Shown here piece by piece: positions 12,524 through 25,049 of a DNA stretch of 64,000 bases; within the stretch, counting starts at the first letter, position 1; each line of letters starts with the position of its first letter. The DNA lies in assembly GCF_016433145.1 (NCBI RefSeq), contig NC_058130.1, positions 416,405,735-416,469,734 of the forward strand. Reading direction: 5' to 3'. The DNA comes from Gracilinanus agilis (Eukaryota). Position numbers and translations under genes: made by a program. Under the pieces are notes generated by a model, which did no database searches, was not told where the DNA came from, and worked only from the letters and a program-made list of their open reading frames with translations.

Positions 12524-13369
12524 AAGTGCTTACTATGTGTCAGCATCGAACTAGATTAGATGATCTCTAAGACTTTCAGCTCTAAAATTCAGCAATTCCA
12601 TGATTCTAAGATGGTCAACTCATCCCTTTTGACTTTTAACCTATTTGCATTGTGGTTAGACTTTGAAATCTTGTTCAAGTAGATTCCCATGGCATCAAGT
12701 TAAACTGCTCTGGGGTGTTTTGGGGGCAGGGCTAGAGGAAGAAGAGTTTGGTAATGACAAAGAGAAGCCTGTTGATACTCCTCTCATTTTCAACCCCAGG
12801 ACAGGGAAAGTTTATTAGTTAAATGTTAAATGCCCTCTGGAGAGAGGGCATCCAGCTTTGAATATAGTTAATTCCTATACAGACAACTGATACGTGACAA
12901 CACTACTGTTCTGTTGGGGATTCTTTCATTTAAAATGAAACATTTCCAAGAGCTGATTTTAAACTTGTGAAAGTAGTCTTAGTTGCAATTTTTTTTCAAA
13001 TTCCAATCAATTCACACTGTTGATGAGCTTTAACTGTTGAAGAAAGGGTTGACGTAATCTTCAATGTAACTCAACCTGTTCTGAGTCATAGCTGAAAATA
13101 TTTGTATCCATGGTCTGTCATATCTTGCTTTTCCAATTTTTCTCCTTTATTCTTAGCAATATTTTCCTATTGCTTTTTTACTTTCATTTAAGGTCCATTT
13201 AATAGAAAAGGAGACAGTCTCGGCAAGTCCTAACCACTATTTGAATACTAAAATCAACAGCACAGCAAATGTGTCTCTTAATAAAATGAGACCTGTTGCC
13301 TTTTTTTCTTATAAGGAAATACACACACATATATTTTAAAACCTTATGAAATATTATGCACATGAGGCC

Positions 13370-13630
13370 TATTGACAGCACCCTTAACAGATTCAAAAGA
13401 TGCTTGCAATTCTTTCAGAGCAAACTTATTATTTTTTAAAGAATTGCTTTTATGGCCATTTTCCCCTCTATTACTTAGTTGTTCCGACTCCTTTATTTAG
13501 ACTCTTTGCCATGCAAATATTATTTAAACCTTAGTCAGCTTATGTAGTGATTTTAAAATGTTTTAATGTTCCATTTGACATTCCCGCTGGTCCCATTTCC
13601 AGTGTTGAAATGTATTAATTCCCATATCAA
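13370..13630. promoter_or_regulatory. Candidate enhancer (TGACAG, TTTTATGG, SOX-OCT-like CTTTGCCATGCAAAT)
   Basis: Repeat-free stretch with MEIS-, posterior HOX/CDX- and POU-type motifs. Motif reading only. Confidence 0.3.
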
Positions 13631-13954
13631 TATATATGTATATACATTTTTGCCAGTCAGGGATATAAAAAGATATTTTCTACGCATACATTAGAGAAGT
13701 TATTACAAATGGAAGATAGAAGGAAAAGGGGGAGGAGGAAGATAAAAAAAGCAATAGAGAAAATGAGAAGAGTAGAAAGAAAGAGCGCCTGTAAAGGGGA
13801 GGGAAAGCCCAGACAGTAGAAGGAAATCAGATAATTATAGAAAAGAAATTTGAACTTAAAAAAAGGGACATAAATGAAAAGACAGCTACTGATACATATC
13901 CAAAGAGGGAAAAAAATAAGATAAGCAATGAAATCAGGAGCAAAAGAAGCAAGA

Positions 13955-13957
<3 letters not shown>

Positions 13958-13990
<33 letters not shown>
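13958..13990. repeat. (GA)n microsatellite
   Basis: Direct reading. Confidence 0.95.
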
Positions 13991-13994
<4 letters not shown>

Positions 13995-15473
13995 AAACCA
14001 AAGACTGAAACCAAATTTTTGATGAAAAGTAAAAAGAATTAATCTGTTGATTATTTTGGGTCATTCTACTTCTAATTGAATTCCTCTGATTCTGATATTA
14101 TCATCTAAATTTCTTATAATTTCATCCAAAATGTTATCCTCCAAGTATTATTCTTATTAATGTTCTCTTCATTTCTGTAGGAGGCATAAAAATAACTGAT
14201 GAGTGTGGGAACATAAGCCGTATGGTTAGTGAGGCAGAGGTGATAATTAGAACATGCTGTACTACGCAGTAAACAAAGCTATTATGAACAATAGAGTTCT
14301 TTGTAGAGTATTTAAAAAGAGGATGAAAATAATATACTTTCCCCTGACTGGCTTAAAAGCTCAGCCAGTTACTGCCCTGAGAAATCAAAAAACGGTTGGA
14401 GTTAATCAGCCAGTAGATTTGGAGCCAGATTAAATATGTCCGAAAATATTATTCACACTTATTTTATCTTATTCTTGTTTCATATATGTTTTCCATTCTT
14501 CTTACATATCTCCACTTTTGGAGAATAAATCACAATCCAGTCAAAAGCTGAGCAAAGAAATTAGAAAGCTCTCACATCCTTCTCTTTCTCCATTTTTTTT
14601 TTTTTGTTGGGGGAGGTCGGTTCACATTCGTCCCCAGCATGAATGAGATTTTATTAGAATTAACATACCTTGAGAGGATTAAATGAGATAACAGATATAA
14701 AACATTTTGTAAATCATAAAGGATTTTATATATGCTAGTTCTTGTTCTTGTTGTTGCTGCTGTTGTTTTGTTTATATTCTTTTTCTTTGTATTTCCATTG
14801 CTGGCACATAGGAGGCATTTAATAAATCCTAATTGATTCATGGTTAAGTGACTTGCCCAGGGCCATACAGGTAAACAGTGTCTAAGGTCAGATTTGAACC
14901 CAGATTATCCTGATTCCAGACCTGGAACTCTATCCACTGAGATACTTGTTTGCCCTGATTCAAATATTCTTAACTTTTTATATTCCTTTAAGTCGAATTA
15001 ATCATGACATTTCCTTCATTGTCTGACATTAAAAAAAATCTGTTCTTTAGTATCATTTGGACTAAAACTCTAATCCAATATCCCATCTTGGCAAAGAAGC
15101 TATGTTGCCAGAGTTCTACCTCAGGAATGATTCTATCAAGTTGGAAAGACTTTAGGCATAAGTCCAGTGATGGTTTGAATACATACCTTGCTACTATTTT
15201 GAACAAAAATCATCAAAACCTAAAACATCACAGTACACAAAGCAGTATAAGAAAAAAATATATAAGAAACTAAAAACGATACATACAGTTTATTTTAGAA
15301 AAAAAAGAGATGTACAGAATATAAATTTACTAAGGTTATAACATGTACTTTACTTGTGTATTGTTTTGTACTACTTTTTAATTTCTTCTTTGCATTTACA
15401 TTATTATAGTTATTTTAATTACCCAATATCCTCCCACCCATAATTGACAAGGATTTATTAAGAACCAATATGA

Positions 15474-16410
15474 GGGGGCAACTGAATGGCTCAGTGGATC
15501 GAGAGCCAAGCTTAGAGATGGGAAGTCCTGTATTCAAATCTAGTTTCAGAAACTTCATAGCTGTATGATAGTGAACAAGTTATTTAACCCCAATTGCCTA
15601 ACCTTTACCACTGTAATGTTGGTAGGTTCGGGGATGGGTTATGATGATTACTTAGGGCCAATAACAGAAGATTAACCTGTTTTGGGAAGGCCAACCAAGC
15701 CCAGTGCAGGCAGAGCAGACACTGAGATGACTCACAAAAACCAATAAGATGTTATATGAAAGATGGTTTAATTAACAAGGGAAAAGATTAGAAGGGATTT
15801 GGATATAACTTAATCACTATTGCTAACTACCTAAGGCCCCCCCTCTCATCCCCACCAATCTAAATATCTCTACACAGAGTATAGAGATTTCTTCAGAGTG
15901 ATTTACCCTACTCTACTCCTCACCTCACTATCTAAACCCAAATCCCTATACTAGTCTAAATTAACACTAAACCCCTCTTTGATGGTTTTAAGGAAAGGGT
16001 CTGTGCAAGTCTGACAGGGCCCAAAGATGGACCAAGATCCAAAAGGATCTAAGCCAAGTCAGCTGTCAGTTGTCACAGGATCAGCACAGAAACTCAGCAG
16101 ATGTCAAACAGCCAAAGGAAAGCAGGATAGCAGAGCTGCAGGTAGGATGGGAAGATGAGGCAGGAAAAAAGTCACAGGGAAATAGCCAGTCTCCTTAGGT
16201 CAACCCCAGAGAAAGAAAAGCCACACCCCCAAGCCCCAGCTGTCTTTCAGCTCTTCCCCTCAGAATTCCAGAATCCTGCACTCTGCTGGCCCATGCTTCT
16301 ACCCTTTGCAAAATTACACACCGTAACTTAACTTTTCCTCTAACATCACTCTACTGCCTTGGAACCAATACATAGCACTTATTCTAAGACGGAAGGTAAA
16401 GTTGTTTTTA
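15474..16410 (+). mobile_element. SINE1_Mdo-type SINE split by an LTR (5' part 15474-15611, 3' part 16346-16410)
   Basis: The head ggggcaactgaatggctcagtgg...acctttaccac resumes as tctactgccttggaaccaatacatag...ggaaggtaaag. Diverged flanking TSD ttattaagaaccaatatga / ttattatgaacacaaatatga. Confidence 0.88.
15612..16345 (-). mobile_element. Solo ERV LTR (734 bp)
   Basis: TG...CA termini (tgtaatg...ctctaaca), 4-bp TSD ccac/tcac, minus-strand ATTAAA poly(A)-like signal near 15760, cleanly interrupts a SINE. Confidence 0.85.
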
Positions 16411-16439
16411 TTATGAACACAAATATGAAATACTTCACA

Positions 16440-18275
16440 CAGTCAAATCTAAACAGTTGGGAAACTATTAATTGCCTATGGGTAGGCTGAGCTAACATAA
16501 TACAAATGAAATTCTACTAAAATTAATTTACTTATTCAGTGCCATACCAATCAAAATACCAAAAATATTTTATAGAAATAAAAAAATAAGAAAATTCATG
16601 TGGACGAACAAAAGGTCAAGCCTATCAATTAAATCAATTTTTAAAAAATGTAAAGGAAGGTGGACTAGCTGTACTAGATCTCAAACTATACTATAAAGCT
16701 GTAATCATCAAAATAGTCTGGTACTTGCTAAAAAATAGAGTGGTTGATCAATGGAATAGATTAAATACACAATATACAAGGATAAATAACCTTAGCAACA
16801 TAGTGTTTGATAAACCCAAAGATCCCAATTTTTTAGATAAAAACTCACTATTTGGCAAAAACTGCTAGGAAAACTAGAAAATAATATGGCGAAAAAACTG
16901 GTTATAGATCAGTACCTCACACCCTATACCAAAATAAGGTTTAAGAGGGTATATAATTTAGAACATAAAGGGTGATGCCATAAGTAAATTAGGGGAACAA
17001 AGAATATTTTGCCTGGTGGGTCTATGGAAAAGGGAAGAATTTATGACCATATGTAATATAGAGAGCATTATAGATGTAAAATGAGTAATTTTGATTACAT
17101 TAAATTAAAAAGGGTTTTTTGTACAAATAAAACCAATATAACCAAAAGAAGTAACAAGTGAGGAAAGATTTTTATAACATATTTCTCTGATAAAGATCTA
17201 ATTCCTCAAATGTGTAGAGAACTAAGTCAAATTTATAACATAATACAAGTCATTCTCCAATTGATAGATGGTCAAAGGATATGAACAAGCAATTTTAAGA
17301 TGAAGAAATCAAAGCTATCAATACTTATGTGAAAAAATGTTCAAAATATCTCTTGATTAGAGAAGTGCAAATTAAAACATCTCAGAGGTATCTCTTCAGA
17401 TCTATGAGATTGAACAATAAGACAATAAAGAAAGTCAAAAATGTTGTAGGGGATGTGGATAAATTCGGACACTGATGCATTGTTGGTGAATTGTGTAATA
17501 ATCCAACTTTTCTGGAGGGCAAATTTGAACCACGGCCAAAGGGGTATAAAACTATTCAAAACCTTTGTATATGACCACTACTATATCTGTATTCCAAAGA
17601 GTTCATAAAAAGGGGGAAAGGACCTATTTGTATAAAAATATTTATAGTAGCTCTCTTTGTGGTAGCAAATAATTGGAAATTGAGGGAATGTCCATCAGTT
17701 GGGGAATGGCTGAACGAACTGTGGTATATGATGATGATAGAATACTATTGTATTATTGTATTGTAATACTATGGATAGGAATGATGAGCATGATGATTTC
17801 AGAAAAAGCTGGAAAGACCTTTATGAACTGATGAAGAGTAAAATATACAGAACCAGAAGAACATTTACATAGTCATAGCAAAATTGTACAATGATCTATT
17901 GTGAAAGATTTAGCTTAGTAAAACAATGATCTGGGGCAATTCTGAAAGATTATGACAACACAATCCACCACCAGAGAAAGAACTCTTTTAGACAGATGCA
18001 GATCAAAGGATACTATTTTCACTTTATTTGTTTTTATTTTTTTTGGCATTTTGGTGTCATATGAGTATTCTCTTAAAACAATGAACAATAATGAAGTATG
18101 TTTTGCATGTTCATACCTGTATAACCCTGATCAAATTGTTTATCATCTTTGAAAGGGGGAGAGAAGGGAGCCAGGGAGACAATTTGGATCTCATAATTTT
18201 GTGAAATGCGTATTGAAAATTATCATGACATGTAATTGTGAAAATAATGTATCTTTGAATAAAAAAAGAAAAAAG
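16440..18275 (+). mobile_element. 5'-truncated degenerate L1 (ORF2 3' third plus 3' UTR)
   Basis: aaattaatttacttattcagtgccataccaatcaaaatacc ([12 protein letters not shown]), gatcaatggaataga (DQWNR), ggggaatggctgaacgaactgtggtatatg, A-rich tail at about 18258-18275. Many frameshifts. Confidence 0.92.
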
Positions 18276-19239
18276 AACCTACTGTGGACCATGTAGTATG
18301 ATATGTGCTCAGCATATATAACAAAACAAAACCAGTTCTTTCCCTCATTGATGCAAATGGAGGAGAGAAAAAGCACATAAACAAACATTTTTAAGATATC
18401 TACATAGTACATATAAAATAATCCTACAAGTGAAGGTTAGGGACTGGGGACTGGGAAAGAAAAAACAAGTCAGGATATTATCCCTCACTGAGAATGAAAA
18501 TATTATGTTCCTCTAGTCAAGTCTATCACTTCCCTGTCAAGAGGATGAAGATATATTTTATCATTAGTCTTTTGACATTTCTCTTTTAACCCCAGTGTAT
18601 TTATTGTCAAGGTTACATTCACTAGTATTCACTAGTTGTATTTGCTTCACTTTTGTATGGTGGCTATCATATAAATTATTCTGCTGGTTTTCATTTCATT
18701 CTGTATCAGTTCAAATAAGTCTTTCCCTGTTTCTCTGCATCTGTCTTAGTCATTTATCAGGAGAAGGATTGTACCAGTGAATTCTTTGATAATAGGGAAT
18801 GAAGAAACGTACTATGGCAATGAAATCTGGAGCCTTCTCCACAACTCAGAGCTGCCTAAAACACTGAGGGGTCAAGTGACTTGCCCACTGTTTTGTGTCA
18901 GAGGCAGGACTTGAAAACAGGTCTTTCTGGTTCTGAGGAATTGGTGAGCTCAATAGATGAACAAATGTTTTGTTTCTGGGTCTTTATCAAAACAAACAAA
19001 CAAGCAAGCAAGCAAACAAAACCCTTGATATTTTCTCCTTCATATGAGTCTCTTCTATTTGTCCTTGAATTCCTTGAGGACATTTGCTTAATAGTGGTGG
19101 TATTTAGTCAGTTACTTTTTTCCAATGTCCCTGCCATGGCTGCTCCCTTTCCAATTTAGCTCCTCCCCAGTTAGTAAAGTGATACCACAGGTCTAGCTTT
19201 GTCAGTCTTCTCACAAAGCTACAGGGACTATTCACCATC

Positions 19240-19510
19240 ACAGAAAGAACAGATGGAATCTGAATGCAGATTGAAGCATACTATTCTTCACTTTATTTCC
19301 TCCATTAGTTTTTTTCTAGTATAAGCAACGTGTGTCTTCCTTCACATGACAAACATGAAATTATGTATTGTATTGTATGATAGCACATGTACAACTTGGA
19401 TCATATTACCTTCTTCCTTGAGATGGGAGGTAGGGAGAGAACATGGATAGAAAAATGTCAGAAAATGATTATTTAAAATTGTATCCATATGTAATCTGAA
19501 AAAAAAAGTA
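19240..19510 (+). mobile_element. Old L1 3' UTR fragment
   Basis: cagaaagaacagatggaatctgaatgcagattgaagcatac...gggaggtagggagagaacatgg followed by an A-tail. Confidence 0.65.
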
Positions 19511-19952
19511 GTGACTCCTTTTTATCTTTAAAACAAAACATAAATTCCTTGATTTGAAATTAAAAGTTATTCATAAAATGATTCAAGGCTACATTTTTAG
19601 ACATGTACTTTTCTCTTTAAAATACTCAAACTTATCTCCTCACTCTTCTCTTAAATTTTGAAATCTCCTTCCTCTACTCCTTTATCTACCTCATTTCCAT
19701 CTTTTTCGGTCTTCATCTGGCATATTCAGCCACTTCTAATATGCAATCATGTGAATCAACACTTTTGAAAGCAAAAATTCTAACAATAACTTTTGAATCA
19801 GAAATTTTCATATTAGAATTGTACTTTGCTGTAATCAACAATTGTGTTCCTGGAAATTAGAACATATATTTATTTTTGGTAAATAAAATCAGATCCTAAA
19901 CTGGTACAAGTACTATCTACTTAAGGACAGCATTATTATGACAAATACTTTT

Positions 19953-20123
19953 TTTTTTAAACCCTTGTACTTCGGTGTATTGTCTCATAGGTAAGGGTGG
20001 GCAATGGGGGTCAAGTGACTTGCCCAGGGTCACACAGATGGGAAGTGGCTGAGGCCGGGTTTGAACCTAGGACCTCCTGTCTCTAGGTCTGACTCTCACT
20101 CCACTGAGCTACCCAGCTGCCCC
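19953..20123 (-). mobile_element. Young SINE1_Mdo-type SINE, short variant, 16-bp TSD
   Basis: Reverse complement begins ggggcagctgggtagctcagtgg. TSD tatgacaaatactttt at 19937-19952 and 20124-20139. Confidence 0.95.
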
Positions 20124-20277
20124 TATGACAAATACTTTTGTAAGAAAATTCCATCCAAAGATGAACAATCATTCCTAATTTATGTATTTTTGCAAAGTAG
20201 GATTCAAATCTTACATCTGATTAAAACAGAGAAAAATTAATGTCAAGAATCACTTTTTAAAAAAAAAATGTAATTTG

Positions 20278-20455
20278 AGGGGGCAGCTAGGTGGTTCGGT
20301 GGATAGAAAGCCAGGAGATTCTAGCTTCAGACACTTCCTATATTTGTGACCCTGAGTAAGTCACTTAACCTTCATTGACTAGCCCTTATCATTTTTCTAG
20401 GTTAGAACCAATACATAGTATTGATTTTAAGATGGAAGGTAAGCATTTAAAAATA
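20278..20455 (+). mobile_element. Older marsupial SINE
   Basis: gggggcagctaggtggttcggtggatag...gtgaccctgagtaagtcacttaacc...gatggaaggtaagc. Confidence 0.8.
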
Positions 20456-22929
20456 AATAGAATATTTAAAGGGTATGTGCATATTTTTTAAATGCTTGTA
20501 TACAACGGATTGCTAAATTTGGTTTGCTGCTCTTTGCTTTTGTTTGACTGATTAATCCATTCACATCTAAAATTGATTTTGGCTTTTGTATTTTTCTTCA
20601 ATTGTTTTCTTTTATATGGGTTTCTATGATCTTCCTCTTTTCTAGTCAGTACTTTCTTCCTATGATTATGTCATTTGTATCACTTTGACACTAGTCTATT
20701 TCCACAGGCCCTTTTTAACTTCTCATTTCTATTTGTCTCATCTGAAGTCCTCTCATTTTGCTCAAAACATTAGTTTGAATATCTTTGTTTTCATTTATTT
20801 TACTTTATATCATCTTTTGGCCCTTTTCCTTTCATTAGTCACTTGCATTGCTTATTCAAAATCTTGCTTATAAATTCTTATTTTACTTTCTTTTATCATA
20901 TCTTCTCCATTATTTTATTTCCTTTCCATTACATTCTGAATCTTTTTTTCTGACTTCTCCTTTATTATTTTTATGCCCTTCATTGAACAGGTAAAGCTTA
21001 TGAAATATCATATTTGAGCTTCTTCATTCTTCTATTCCTCACCTACTGAACCTCACTTTTTGAATGTAAATTAATGATAGAATTAATGTTAGAAAGAAAC
21101 AATGTTATATGGCATGAGTCATTCTATGTCTCAAATTGCTTGACCTGATCCTACTTCTTGCCCTTTCTATAATTGCTCTCCATCCCTAAGGCCATGTTAT
21201 ACTATCTCTCTCTTTTCCAATCTCCCCTCACCCCCAGTATCAACAACTCTTTTACCAATCTGGGTGCTGCTTATACTTGGGAATACACACACATACACAC
21301 ACACACACACACATGCACACGTGCACACACACAAACTCCTCCTGGGGATAGAATCCATCCACCAACTTTAAGTTTGAGCCTACTTTCCCCAGGATTAGGG
21401 GGAAATGTTTTTCTTAAGTGTTATTTTTGCTATGCCTTCTCAGTAAATATCCATTTCTGAAAGGTAATAGAATTTTATGAGTTGATTGATAATATGGATT
21501 TCTATGATATTAGAAATTGTTGTTCCTCATGGCTGCTCCTAAAACCTTATAGGCTATAGCAGTCAACTACTGTCCTAGAACCCATACTAAAAATGTAAGT
21601 GGGGACTGAGAGAGGGAGCTAAGATGGGGTGCTACTCAAATAATAGTAAAATAATATTACCTATGATGAAATTAGGTTTAAAAAGATAAAATGACAAATT
21701 AAGATATCAGGTGGTAAATAATTGAATAGGGAAGAAAATATAAATCTTACCAAAATATAATGAAGAAAAAGAGATTATATAATATACAAATAAGAAACAT
21801 AATGACATCTCCCATGTTAACCTAACTGAATGTTTCTGAATTTTATTTGTTCCTTTTATATACATATATATCTTTTTTATATCTAAGGGGTCAAAATGTA
21901 AAAATTAATCAATGTTATCATCATTTTAATAAAATAATTAAGTTTTTTTGATGCTGGTGATGAATCTCAAACTTTGAAAGTTTATTTTAGTTAGATAACA
22001 GAATTAAAATTCCTACTTAATGTTGATGTTTTTGGTGACAGTTGCTCTCCTCATGCAGCATAGCAAAACATATTTCCCAAATAGCCACAATTAACCTTCT
22101 GAATTGGAAATGGTTCACAATTATCCACTTCAGTTAGCTTTGGTAAATGAAATAATCAAATCATCATTCAGTTTCTTGATGTAGTTGCAAAATTAATTGG
22201 AAAAAATGGAAATTCAAATATTATAAATCTTTTTTTTAATGTATGGTATGTGCTTTTAAAGTTGAACCTTATATCTACCGCTGAGTGATTAAGATTATTG
22301 GAAGCAATGAGTATAGATTTTGAGCAGAAAACAGCAAACAGATCCAGTCTTCCTGATTAGTGCTTTAAATGAATTTGATTTAAAATAAATCTACCATAAA
22401 CATACCCATAGACACCCAGATAAATGCTGCTTAGTGAGAGTATTTGCAGATATGTGTACCACTGTCTACAACCCAACAACTGTGGATTATGGAGTGGTAC
22501 AAAAGAGACATATTAAGTATGAAACACTCTAGGGAAAGAGAAGCATGGCACGATACATTGAACTAAGAAACAAATGTTGTTGTTCTTGTTGTTTTTACTT
22601 ATTAGTCAATATCTTTAATCTTGTGTTCTTTATATCTCTCCAAAATGATCTATAATTATGGACCTCAGCTCTGATTTCTGATAGGTTTTCTTCAATTTCA
22701 GAGTTTTATATTGTTCTAATTCAGCTTTTCTTTTTTTTTTTTTAAGTGGAGCATAAGAGAGAGTTTTTTGTAGCCTTTGAAATTTATACAAATTGTGGAA
22801 CTAAATTAACTCACTCCTAACTTGATGAATAAGCCTCTCTTACACCTACTCTGGAGTGGGGAAGATCTCTGGCATTTCGGCTTCTTCATGCTTACGTATT
22901 TCCCACCTTTCCTTCTGCTACTACCATAA

Positions 22930-23632
22930 ACATGACCCCAAATGAACTCATTATCTTTCCTCAAAATCCTCTCCCCTTCTAAACTTCCCTACTACTGTCA
23001 AGGGCATCATTTTCTCTTTTATCCAGGCTTAAAACAAATGCTATGGGGAAGGGGCAGCTGGGTAGCTCAGTGGATTGAGAGCCAGGCCTAGAGACAGGAG
23101 GTCCTAGGTTCAAATCCGGCCTCAGACACTTCCCAGCTGTGTGACCCTGGGCAAGTCACTTGACCCCTATTGCCTACCCTTGCCAATCTTCCACCTATAA
23201 GTCAATACACAGAAGTTAAGGGTTTAAAAAACAACAACAACAAAAAAAAAAAAAACAAATGCTATCTCTCCTCCCTTTATTCTCTCTCTCTCACCCTCCC
23301 ATATCCAATCTCTTCCCAGGTCCTGTCCATTGTAACATCTTGTGCCCTTTGTAACATGTCTCCTACATGTGCCCTTTCCTCCTATGACACTGCCACCCCT
23401 CTGATGCAGACCTTCTTTGCCTAATGACTAGAATATTATAATAGCCTACTTGTTGGACTGCCCACTTCATTTTTTTCTCTACTCCTGTCCATCCTCCCTC
23501 CATTTAGCTATCAAATCAATCTTTTTAAAGCTCAAATCTAGCCATGCCCTGCTCCTATTCAATAAATTCTAGTGACCCTGTTATCTTGAGGATCAAATAT
23601 AAAATCCTCTGTTCAGCATTCAAAACCTTGCA
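22930..23632 (+). mobile_element. L2 LINE fossil interrupted by a young SINE
   Basis: cccaaatgaactcattatctttcc...ttcaataaattctagtgaccc...ggatcaaatataaaatcctctg. Confidence 0.7.
23051..23251 (+). mobile_element. Young SINE1_Mdo-type SINE, medium variant, 14-bp TSD
   Basis: TSD aaaacaaatgctat at 23031-23044 and 23252-23265, at a TT|AAAA L1-endonuclease site. (CAA)n/A tail. Confidence 0.96.
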
Positions 23633-23722
23633 AAGAAAGACTTGTGGCAGAGAGACCATCCATCAAGCTAGTGGAAACATGAAGTGATGATGGCCTGAAA
23701 TAGGACTGTAGTAATGACAGAG

Positions 23723-23774
23723 GTGTGTGTGTGTGTGTGTGTGTGTGTGTTGTGTGTGTGTGTGTGTGTGTGTG
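23723..23774. repeat. (GT)n microsatellite
   Basis: Direct reading. Confidence 0.96.
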
Positions 23775-24044
23775 ACAATCTGAGAGATATTATGACAGTT
23801 AAGTGAGGGGCTTTGTTAACATATATAAGTCAAGGAAATGAGAAAGAATGTAGAGTAGAAATCACACGAGGTTTCAAAGATGGGTAAAAAGTAATTGGTG
23901 GCCTCAATACTGTAGTGAAGTTACAAAGAGTAACAGAGTCATGATTTAAAAATGGGTCTCCTGGCTTCAAATTCAGTGGTCTTTCCACTGTAACACACAG
24001 CCTGTTCTATTTGCCTCTTTCCCCATTCCCTAGTGTTGCTAATC

Positions 24045-24045
<1 letters not shown>

Positions 24046-24083
<38 letters not shown>

Positions 24084-24093
24084 TGTGTGTGTG
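24046..24093. repeat. (GT)n microsatellite
   Basis: Direct reading. Confidence 0.96.
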
Positions 24094-24099
24094 AATCAT

Positions 24100-24245
24100 A
24101 TGGTCCTCTGGCAGGACAATGAAGTTTACAGACCTCTTCTCAGTACAATATTTCAAAATGCCTAAAATAAAATGCATAAGATTACAAAGGAATAATTTAT
24201 ATTGAAATAGTTATTGATTTTTTAAAAGTACCTGATCACAGCTTA
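24100..24245 (-). mobile_element. MER33-like hAT-Charlie fossil
   Basis: aaaataaaatgcataagattacaaaggaataatttatattgaaatagttat is the reverse complement of the MER33-like core also seen at 38930-39135. Confidence 0.55.
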
Positions 24246-25049
24246 ACTATTGTCCTACCTGGATTCTTCCTTTTCTTGCTCTGATAGTAATTGCCAGAAT
24301 TCTGTATATTTGTGCCCCACCTTGGAAAGACTTCTCTTTTCTAGACCCCTAGGACTCTTGACACCTACTTGTTTCTCCAGACCTTCCTAAAGTTTTATTC
24401 CTTTCTGAGTCCCACCTGATGCTCCTAGATAAAGATAATGAGAAAGAAGAGGAGGAAAATAAAGGTAATTCACACCAAATTCTATGTTTTACAAAGTATT
24501 TTATATACATTATCATTTGATCTTTGCAGTAATATGAAGAATTAAATTCTAACATCCTTACTTTACTCATGAGGAAACTGAGGTGCAGAGACTTGAGGAG
24601 ACTTTCCCCGAGTCACCCAACTAATTAGGTAACTGGTAGATTGTAGTGTCTTCCTAATTCGAAATCCAACACTCTATCCACTGCACCATGAAATTGATTA
24701 ATTAAAATTTGATTTTCCCCCAGTCCTTGCTTGATTTTTAGTCCCTTCACCATCAATGCCACCTACTGATAATACGATTTTTTAACCAGATCTTAAATTG
24801 AAGCCCAGACTCTAAGTATGACCAGGTTTTCAAAAAGTGGGGCTGGTTCCAATAGATGCTGCTGAGGTTGAAAAAAAATAATATTCTGCTCCTTCCTTCT
24901 TCAAGCCCCAGATGGTAACAAACTCTTTCACTATCACAGATAATAGAGAGCTAGGGGCCATTTGAGAAACATGACAGAACTACTTGCATCATTTTTTCCC
25001 CTCACAAAGACATCAAGAAACTTGCATTGGAGAGCCTTGCCAAACATCT

